DNA from: Desulfocapsa sulfexigens DSM 10523
GTDB lineage: Bacteria > Desulfobacterota > Desulfobulbia > Desulfobulbales > Desulfocapsaceae
Length of the DNA stretch: 32,000 bases
Reading direction: 5' to 3'
Assembly: GCF_000341395.1 (NCBI RefSeq)
Contig: NC_020304.1
Location: 3,570,001 to 3,602,000, forward strand
Below, piece after piece: positions 18,150-25,041 of the stretch; the first letter of the stretch is position 1, and each line of letters begins with the position of its first letter. The notes under the pieces were generated by a model. The model was not told the DNA's origin and ran no database searches. It saw only the letters and a program-made list of their open reading frames with translations. The translations under genes and the position numbers were made by a program.

Positions 18150-18361
18150 TGCTCTCTCTCCTTTGTTTTTATCTCTCGGTGAAGCATGATAACAAGGACA
18201 AGACTTATCAAGACAATGATTCCGGGAGGTATGAGTAATATATAAAAATTATCTCCATCCTTTCCTTCCCTCATGGCCAGTCCAATCATCCGAACAAACC
18301 AGCTCGTACCAAATAATATCCCGGCATAGCCGACTAATAACAAAACTATTCTGAACATCAT
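18146..18361 (-). CDS. small two-TM membrane protein (71 aa), first gene of the cassette-3 operon
   Basis: Its stop overlaps the I3 start (ATGA at 18146..18149). Two hydrophobic helices. AAAGGTGAGAGA RBS-like sequence before the ATG. Confidence 0.55.
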   Translation of the reverse strand: MMFRIVLLLVGYAGILFGTSWFVRMIGLAMREGKDGDNFYILLIPPGIIVLISLVLVIMLHREIKTKEREQ

Positions 18362-18450
18362 TCTCTCACCTTTACTCTTTTTGAACTACTTTTTACCTCT
18401 TAAGAAAATGCCTAGAAAACCAAAACACGGGGTCAGCAAAACACGCAACA

Positions 18451-18482
18451 CGGAGTCAGAGTAAACTTAAACTCACCCCATC
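18451..18482 (-). repeat. degenerate third copy of the 32-nt element seen at 8641..8672 and 22160..22191
   Basis: CGGAGTCAGAGTAAACTTAAACTCACCCCATC versus GGGGTCAGAGTAATTTTAAACTCCGCCCCATC. It has a 1-nt deletion relative to the others. Confidence 0.6.
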
Positions 18483-18486
18483 TATT

Positions 18487-19434
18487 AATACGGGGTCGGA
18501 CCAAGCTAACATGCTGAATGTTAAACATTTTGTCTCCAATAATAGGTGTTTTTATGGCTTAGAGTACCCTTTTCAGCATCAAAAACAGTGCTGTAAGGAA
18601 TTCCAGGCTCTTTCAAAACAGTAGCATCTTTGACTGAAAGTATGGATCGCTTCTGTGCCCGGCTTGCAAGTTGCTGCTGAATATCTTCTGTAAATGATTT
18701 CCTGCCAACGGCAATGGACTCACTCCAATCTTGATTTCTTGTTAGGACGTTATTGTTTAGCTCAGCTGTTATCCAGTTAGTGTGCTCTTCGCGAAATCTG
18801 TTTTCATCCTGCATTGAAAAATAATCCAACAACATCTTCCTGTTGATAATGCCGTAACGCTTTGGAGGATTTTGAATTTCATTGTAACCACTATTTCTGT
18901 ATTCAGATGGATGTGATACGACGCCTGCCCTGACCATATTAAGATCAATATAGACCATGCATTTTGCAAGATGGTTGATTGTGTCAACGGCCGTGGCATG
19001 ATATCGGTCTTCCCAAAACGAACCTTTCCTCTGTTTCCGACTATTGAACTCCTGAGCTGTTCTTCCTGCAATTAACTGAAGACTTTGTGGAATAGTTTTT
19101 TCCCCTGTATCGACAACAAGTAAGTGGATATGGTTGGAAGTGACAATGTAATTTAGAACGCAAAGCCCATACCGCTTTTTTGCTTCGAATAACCAATAAA
19201 GCCAGCGTTTTCTGTCTTTTTCAAATTTCAGTAAAAACTCCTGCTTATGACATCGGTGTGTGATGTGCCAAACACAACCAGGAATATAATGTCTATTTGC
19301 TCGTGGCATGGTAGTTTAAATTTTCTTAGAAGGTTGTTTTGGACAACAAAAAGTTACCTTTAAGTGTTTATATGGCTTTTATTTCATAATATTTCTTGTT
19401 ATTCCTATATATTGGCTTGGTCCGACCCCGTATT
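18487..19434 (-). mobile_element. RAYT/IS200-like unit bounded by perfect 20-bp inverted repeats (AATACGGGGTCGGACCAAGC)
   Basis: 18487..18506 is the exact reverse complement of 19415..19434. The match breaks on both sides. The repeats enclose the 262-aa Y1 transposase ORF. This is the REP-flanked arrangement typical of REP-associated tyrosine transposases. Confidence 0.8.
18521..19309 (-). CDS. IS200-like Y1 (HUH) transposase, REP-associated tyrosine transposase (RAYT) type
   Basis: 262-aa ORF with N-terminus MPRANRHYIPGCVWHITHRC. HUH motif SNHIHLLV. Tyr motif YIDLNMVRAGVV (compare YxxxNPVRAGLV in COG1943/PF01797 proteins). Carries a ~100-aa C-terminal extension. Confidence 0.85.
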   Translation of the reverse strand: MPRANRHYIPGCVWHITHRCHKQEFLLKFEKDRKRWLYWLFEAKKRYGLCVLNYIVTSNHIHLLVVDTGEKTIPQSLQLIAGRTAQEFNSRKQRKGSFWEDRYHATAVDTINHLAKCMVYIDLNMVRAGVVSHPSEYRNSGYNEIQNPPKRYGIINRKMLLDYFSMQDENRFREEHTNWITAELNNNVLTRNQDWSESIAVGRKSFTEDIQQQLASRAQKRSILSVKDATVLKEPGIPYSTVFDAEKGTLSHKNTYYWRQNV

Positions 19435-19442
19435 CAACCGAG

Positions 19443-20390
19443 TTACCTCCGGTTTTCATGATATTTTTTTGATAATATTTTCAGCAAAGAATTATTTCTC
19501 CCTTGACGCGATCCATAAACATCTATTGATCCGAACAAAATCTTGTCAACAAACTGATAGGCCTGTTTGTCACCAAGCACCTGATGAAAATCAGGATTTG
19601 CACCGCCAAATTCGGAAAGCCAGTTCCCATATGCCATATACCTGCGGGAGAAGGCGATCACCTCGTTTTTCTCCATATCGGTGATGGTGATCTCGTCGGT
19701 GTGTAATAGTCTGGAGGCGGGGTAGCCGGTCTTTACCATGTTGAAATCCACCCGGTAGCGCATGGGTGGCAGTTTGTCCGGGGAAGCGAAGCCCTCAGCC
19801 CGATCCATGATGCTTTGTAATTCGCTTTTCCATGGTTCGTAATATGCACCAAACTCCGTAGAATTTTTTTCTATTTCTCTGATTGTCCGCCACAGTTCTC
19901 TGTTATCTAGACCCTTGCCACCCTTGCGGCGGACCTCCCTTGCACTTTCTTTCATAGCGTCCAGTTCCCGTTTTTTCTGATCCCGAGCTGGTCGCATTTT
20001 TTCACTCTCGGCAAAAGTTGAAGCATCGGCCCGGTACAGATAGATTTTCCCGTCATCGCCATTCACGGCCAGGGCCTGGAGATGCACGCCGTCAAGATAT
20101 TTTTCAACCATGCTTTCACGAAAGTGTTTGTCAAATCCCGGCCAGACATTGTCCTGCCAATACACAGAAATCGGCGCTTCAACGGTCTGATGAATCACCT
20201 GCAAGGGCTGCTTGCCGTAATACTCAAACAGCAAGTTGCACAGGATCGGCCGCCAGAATGGGCCGAAGATGAGCAGCAGCACTCCCAGCCACACCACTGC
20301 CTTCGACTTCGTCCACCGCTTGACGAGATACAACACAATCGCTCCCGCAAGCAGATAAATGGTTACAACAATAAGCAACGCTATTCCCAT
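19443..20390 (-). CDS. two-TM membrane protein, partner family member I4 (orphan: no adjacent lipase gene)
   Basis: 315-aa ORF. Layout is TM1, KRWTKSK loop, TM2. Motifs IHQTVE and ITITDMEKNEVIAFSRRYMAY. Its stop lies 8 nt from the RAYT inverted repeat. Confidence 0.7.
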   Translation of the reverse strand: MGIALLIVVTIYLLAGAIVLYLVKRWTKSKAVVWLGVLLLIFGPFWRPILCNLLFEYYGKQPLQVIHQTVEAPISVYWQDNVWPGFDKHFRESMVEKYLDGVHLQALAVNGDDGKIYLYRADASTFAESEKMRPARDQKKRELDAMKESAREVRRKGGKGLDNRELWRTIREIEKNSTEFGAYYEPWKSELQSIMDRAEGFASPDKLPPMRYRVDFNMVKTGYPASRLLHTDEITITDMEKNEVIAFSRRYMAYGNWLSEFGGANPDFHQVLGDKQAYQFVDKILFGSIDVYGSRQGRNNSLLKILSKKYHENRR

Positions 20391-20464
20391 ACTGTTATTC
20401 TCCCGTGGGTATTTTGGTGTTCAGAAACAGGAAAACTCATTTGCCCCGGCGCGTAACAACGGGC

Positions 20465-20491
20465 GTGACAACGGGGTCGAACCAAGTTAAC
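20465..20491 (-). repeat. REP-like element, type A (GTGACAACGGGGTCGAACCAAGTTAAC)
   Basis: Same sequence as the ends of the tails at 8897..8922 and 13786..13811. Here it stands alone, directly abutting a type B copy. Confidence 0.75.
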
Positions 20492-20493
20492 TT

Positions 20494-20791
20494 AATACGG
20501 GGTCGGACCAAGCTAACATGCTGAATGTTAAACATTTTATCTCCAACAATACGTGTTTTTATGGTTTAGAGTACCCTTTTCAGCATCAAAAACGGTGCTG
20601 TAAGCAATTTCAGGCTCTTTCAAAACAGTAGCATCTTTGACTGAAACTATGGATCGCTTCTGTGCCCGGCTTGCAAGTTGCTGCTGAATATCTTCTGTAA
20701 ATGATTTTCTGCCAACGGCAATGGACTCACTCCAATCTTGATTTCTTGTTAGGACGTTATTGTTTAGCTCAGCTGTTATCCAGTTAGTGTG
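20494..20791 (-). pseudogene. 3' fragment of the RAYT gene with REP-like end (type B, second copy)
   Basis: Near-identical to 18487..18784. Encodes HTNWITAELNNNVLTRNQDWSES...KNTYCWR only and lacks the HUH and Tyr motifs. Confidence 0.85.
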
Positions 20792-20794
20792 AAC

Positions 20795-20960
20795 GCTAAC
20801 ACGGGATCGGACCAAGCTAACAACTTGAATATTAATAATTTTGTATCCAGAAACAGCCGTTACCTGGCCTTAGAGTGCCCTTTTTGCCATCAAAATGTGT
20901 GTCGTAAGAATCTTGACCAGCAACATTAGCATCCTTAACGGTTTATATTTTGGTCAACGA
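20795..20960 (-). repeat. divergent RAYT-3'-like tail with REP-like end (type C) downstream of the DUF4915-like gene
   Basis: GCTAACACGGGATCGGACCAAGCTAAC followed by sequence recognisably related to the RAYT 3' end (..GKKGTLRPGNGCFWIQN in translation). Much more diverged than types A and B. Confidence 0.55.
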
Positions 20961-21037
20961 ACTATTTCAAAGCTCAACGGTTATCCAACCACTGTATTAT
21001 TCACAATAATTAATTTTCTTTTTGTAAAGGATTTTTG

Positions 21038-22123
21038 CTATAACGTAGCTGCTGGCCCAATGGTAATCATCCGTTCTATCTCATCACTTTCAAAACCAAC
21101 AAGTAGAGGACAGATGGAACCCGGTATTGTAATCACGTCATACAATTCCTTGACTACACCTTCAATTATAAGGCTATGTACTATTTCTCCCGACTGAGTA
21201 TCAATAACCTGCAAGCCACAGCACTCCCCCCCAAGTGAAGGCAGCAAGTCATCCAAAACAAGATCTTGAAAAGCTGTACTTCCACGAGGACGTGAGAGAC
21301 CTACAATTGCATAGTTATCTACAAAGGTAAGCCCCCTAAGATAGCCAGGACATTTAGCGACCTGAATAAACTCGCTTTTGTTCAGGTATCCGAATTCACC
21401 CTTACCGGAGTTTAGTAACCAAATTTTGCCTTTGTAAAACCTGGGGGAATGGGGCATGGAAAGCCCTTGGGCGACAATTTCATTGGAGGCGACATCAATA
21501 ACAACCCCTCCATTCTGCCTGTTTTCTTTCTTTCTCCAGCCACCTCTTGAATTGGAGCGGGAAATTGACGTCACAACATATGGTTTTCCATCTCGCATTG
21601 CCAGACCGTTAAGATGGCATCTGTCTTCAGGGACAAGCTCTGAAATAAATTCAGGTTTCCATAGGGGAATAAAACTATGGGTGTTACTTGTTGTGGCCAA
21701 ACAATTAAACAATGTATTCACAAACAGAGGACGATTGTTATACCAGGCAATATCATGTCCACTCACCTTACCTGTTGTAAAGGCGAGCTGGGGAACATAC
21801 ACCTTGTCGTGCCCTTTATAATTTTCTCCAGGACTAGTGACATTATTGAGCTGCCATATTTGATAAAGAGTAGTGGTCAGCAAACGGTTCTTCTCTTCAT
21901 TGAGGCAAAGCCCCATACATCTGGCAAAATTTCTTTCATAAACAGAAAGTGATTGTTGCTTACTATCAAGCCCGACGAAAAGCAATTTCCCGGACTGATA
22001 TGTTGAGAAGGCTAGTGAAACATCATGGCTTCGAAGCCAGTTTTCTATTCCAAAACTTGCCTTGAGAACAAAATGTTTGGATTGAATTACAATCGAATTG
22101 TATTCAGTATTATTATTGGGCAT
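21038..22123 (-). CDS. TIGR03032/DUF4915-like uncharacterised protein (tentative family call)
   Basis: 361-aa soluble ORF. The motifs SMPHSPRFYKGKIWLLNSGKGEFG, RGLTFVDNYAIVGLS and CGLQVIDTQSGE recall that family from memory. An HMM search is needed to confirm. Confidence 0.75.
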   Translation of the reverse strand: MPNNNTEYNSIVIQSKHFVLKASFGIENWLRSHDVSLAFSTYQSGKLLFVGLDSKQQSLSVYERNFARCMGLCLNEEKNRLLTTTLYQIWQLNNVTSPGENYKGHDKVYVPQLAFTTGKVSGHDIAWYNNRPLFVNTLFNCLATTSNTHSFIPLWKPEFISELVPEDRCHLNGLAMRDGKPYVVTSISRSNSRGGWRKKENRQNGGVVIDVASNEIVAQGLSMPHSPRFYKGKIWLLNSGKGEFGYLNKSEFIQVAKCPGYLRGLTFVDNYAIVGLSRPRGSTAFQDLVLDDLLPSLGGECCGLQVIDTQSGEIVHSLIIEGVVKELYDVITIPGSICPLLVGFESDEIERMITIGPAATL

Positions 22124-22159
22124 AACTTGTCAGGCTCTGTTTGTTTTTCCTGCATAAAA

Positions 22160-22378
22160 GGGGCCTGGGTAAAATCAAATTCAGCCCCATCAATAAGATA
22201 AACAAAACGATTAACACCCAAATAGTGAAACATCAACACTTAATACTCGTTATATCAGCATGTTGCATGTAGAGCAATCGCCAACATAATTGTCATTTCA
22301 ATGGCTCCAGATGTTTTCCTAAAAATTTGGCTACAAATAATAATTAAAATAAATTCAAATGTTCTCTGTCCTGTTAAC
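22160..22378 (-). repeat. conserved cassette-upstream region U, second copy (partner of 8641..8894)
   Basis: Begins with GGGGCCTGGGTAAAATCAAATTCAGCCCCATC (22160..22191). Contains the 39-nt conserved block at 22289..22327. Confidence 0.7.
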
Positions 22379-22456
22379 GCAATATTGACTTTTTTTGCTA
22401 CTTTTCACTTTTCCACTAATGACACTCTTTATTTTGACAGGTTTGGTTAATGCGGC

Positions 22457-22676
22457 AATACGGGGCCTGACCAATTTAAAATGCTGAATTTTCATCCTGC
22501 ATAGAAAAGCAATCCAACACCATCTTTCTGTTGATAATGCTGTAAGGCTTTGGTGGTTTTGATTTTCATTGTAACCACTGGTTTTGTATTCAGATGGATG
22601 TGATACAACTCCAGCCCTGACCATATTACCATCAATATAGACCATGCATTTTGCAAGATGACTGAGTGAATGAACA
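22457..22676 (-). pseudogene. degenerate RAYT remnant (REP-like end fused to an internal gene segment)
   Basis: AATACGGGGCCTGACCAAT..ATGCTGAAT is joined directly to sequence homologous to 18801..~18990 of the intact gene (..YIDGNMVRAGVVSHPSEY..). It is frameshifted and truncated. It lies 50 nt from the comM stop. Confidence 0.75.
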
Positions 22677-22725
22677 ACAAGTAGGTGGGCGTCGGTGCCT
22701 TTCCAGATGGTCCTTATTTCAAAGA

Positions 22726-22931
22726 TTATCCATTTCGACGATACTGGACGGCTTCGGCAATATGTGATAATTCAAGAAGTTCCTTATTATCCATATCAGC
22801 GATTGTTCGGGCGATTTTAAGAATACGATGATATCCCCTGGCAGAAAGGCCGAGCTTTTCCACGCTTCTTTGCAATAAACGCTTTGCCGTTGCATCAACC
22901 TTGCAATATTTTTCCACTTCAGCTGGGCCAA
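22726..22931 (-). repeat. attR-like direct repeat: functional 3' end of comM, duplicated at 4938..5143
   Basis: See 4938..5143. Homology ends at 22931/22932. Confidence 0.9.
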
Positions 22932-24246
22932 TTTGAGCGTTGCAATGAATGCTTTGAAGGGAATGGTATCTATTTTCCTGGATTTTCCTGCAGCTATCCA
23001 CCCGTTTCTTAATCTCCCTGGATGACTCGCCCTGTCGTTCATCGCTGATATCTTTAAAGGGAACAGCAGCAACTTCGAGATGAATATCAATGCGGTCCAG
23101 AAGTGGTCCTGAAACTTTACTGTTATAGCGTTGAATCTGTTGGGGTGTACATTTACATTCTCTGATTTTGTCACCAAGATACCCACATGGACAGGGGTTT
23201 GAAGCAACAACAAGGACAAATCGTGCTGGGAATTTCAGAGTTTGTTGAGCACGGGCGATGGATACATCTCCAGCTTCGAGTGGCTGACGGAGGACTTCCA
23301 GGACGTGTTTCTTGAATTCAGGAAGTTCATCGAGAAACAGTACTCCGTTATGGGCAAGGGAAACTTCACCGGGACGAGGATGCTGTCCTCCTCCGATAAG
23401 ACCGGCATCGGAAATGGTATGATGGGGGGCTCGAAACGGGCGGGTAGTGATCAGGGGAATATCACTACTCAACTTACCGACAATGGAATAGATCTTTGTG
23501 GTTTCAAGAGCCTCTTCAAAACTCATTGGCGGCAGGATGGTTGCAAGCCGCCTGGTGAGCATGGTTTTACCCGATCCGGGCGGCCCCTTTAAAGCTATGT
23601 TGTGACCACCAGAAGCCGCTATTTCAAAGGCCCGTTTGACGTGCTCCTGCCCCTTCACCTCCTGAAAATCAACTTCCCCTCCGTATTGAGTCCCAAGAAG
23701 GTCCTTCTGGTTAAGCACTATTGGATCAATGGACTTTTTTCCTGCAAGAAATTCAACGGCATGATGAAGATGCCCTACGGCTATAACATCTATCCCTTGA
23801 ACAACTGCTGCCTCGAGTTGATTCGCCTCTGGAACTAGAATACCTTTCAGCCCATTTTCCTTAGCATTCAGGGTTACAGGAAGAACGCCTGGAACTGACC
23901 GTACCGAGCCATCGAGTGAAAGTTCGCCAACCACGGCATACTGATCCAGAAGATCGGGTTTAAAAAGCTCCGTTGCGGCAAGGATACCAAGAGCCATGGG
24001 AAGGTCAAAGCCGGCACCACCTTTTTTGATATCAGCAGGGGCCAGGTTAACTGTAATGCGTTTAGGTGGAAAGTCGTATCCGCAATTTTTAATGGCAGCC
24101 TTGACCCGCTCCTTACTTTCACGCACCGACCCATCGGGAAGGCCGACGGTTGTAAACATTGGCAAACCAAGGGCAAGATCGACCTCAACCATTACCGATA
24201 GGCCATTGACACCAAGAACTGCACCACTATGAACTTTTGCGAGCAT
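22726..24246 (-). CDS. comM: YifB/ComM family Mg-chelatase-like AAA+ ATPase
   Basis: 506-aa ORF. Walker A GPPGSGKT. Walker B VLFLDELPEF. C-terminal ChlI-type region with the CPCGY Cys motif. Confidence 0.93.
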   Translation of the reverse strand: MLAKVHSGAVLGVNGLSVMVEVDLALGLPMFTTVGLPDGSVRESKERVKAAIKNCGYDFPPKRITVNLAPADIKKGGAGFDLPMALGILAATELFKPDLLDQYAVVGELSLDGSVRSVPGVLPVTLNAKENGLKGILVPEANQLEAAVVQGIDVIAVGHLHHAVEFLAGKKSIDPIVLNQKDLLGTQYGGEVDFQEVKGQEHVKRAFEIAASGGHNIALKGPPGSGKTMLTRRLATILPPMSFEEALETTKIYSIVGKLSSDIPLITTRPFRAPHHTISDAGLIGGGQHPRPGEVSLAHNGVLFLDELPEFKKHVLEVLRQPLEAGDVSIARAQQTLKFPARFVLVVASNPCPCGYLGDKIRECKCTPQQIQRYNSKVSGPLLDRIDIHLEVAAVPFKDISDERQGESSREIKKRVDSCRKIQENRYHSLQSIHCNAQIGPAEVEKYCKVDATAKRLLQRSVEKLGLSARGYHRILKIARTIADMDNKELLELSHIAEAVQYRRNG

Positions 24247-24276
24247 CAGCGCGTTATCCGGCTTGGTTGGACTATG

Positions 24277-25041
24277 TCAGTTTGGCTTATAGAATTGCTG
24301 CATGGCTTCACTGTAGTCACCATTTTTACGGTCATAAATATACAAGGGAGGACGAACATCGACACCTTCGCCTCCATTCTTAACGGCTTCCAGCAACAGG
24401 AGTCGCGCCGCCATTGATTTGTCAGGGTAGGAGTACACTAATTGCATTCTTTTTACTATCAATTGCTGGCTCGCAAGAAGGTGAAGCAGATCTCCCAGGC
24501 CTTCGGCGGGATACACCAGATAAACCCTGCCCCTGTTTTTTACGGCCACCGCTGCTGCTGCAATAACTTCCGGCAAGCTACAGGCTACCTGATGTCTTGC
24601 TATCTCTGACTCTTTGCAGGAAGAAACCCTGCCACTGCCTGCGGGATAAAAAGGCGGATTACAGACAACGGTTGAGAAGGATTCCGGCACGAAATATTGC
24701 TGAATATTTCGCAGATCTCCTTCAACAACCTGCATAACTTTTTCGAAGTGGTTGATGCTGATATTTTCCTCAATAAGCCGGGTAAGCCCTGTCTGCAGTT
24801 CAAGGGCAGTAAGCATCCGTATTCTCTCTCTCGCTCGATAGAGGAGTATCAATCCAATCACTCCGCATCCGGCACCAAGGTCGAGAACCGCTTCATCCCT
24901 GGTGAGGCGTACAAAATGAGCGAGAAGGACAGGATCTATGGAGAATCGATACCCAATCCGATGCTGCAAACACCGTAGCGCTCCATCAAAAAGGGTATTG
25001 CTGGTCGTCTCCACATCAGCTAAGCCGGTCGACTTCTTCAC
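24277..25041 (-). CDS. SAM-dependent N6-adenine methyltransferase, tRNA1(Val) m6A37 (TrmN6/YfiC)-like
   Basis: 254-aa ORF. SAM-binding motif LDLGAGCGVIG. Catalytic NPPF motif (VVCNPPFYP). Confidence 0.8.
   Translation of the reverse strand: MKKSTGLADVETTSNTLFDGALRCLQHRIGYRFSIDPVLLAHFVRLTRDEAVLDLGAGCGVIGLILLYRARERIRMLTALELQTGLTRLIEENISINHFEKVMQVVEGDLRNIQQYFVPESFSTVVCNPPFYPAGSGRVSSCKESEIARHQVACSLPEVIAAAAVAVKNRGRVYLVYPAEGLGDLLHLLASQQLIVKRMQLVYSYPDKSMAARLLLLEAVKNGGEGVDVRPPLYIYDRKNGDYSEAMQQFYKPN

Noticed and set aside
6246-22191. Possibility that the recurring 25-32-nt elements form a CRISPR array
   Set aside because: The copies belong to different families, are irregularly spaced (hundreds to thousands of bp apart), occur in mixed orientation and are separated by genes. 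There is no repeat-spacer periodicity and there are no cas genes.
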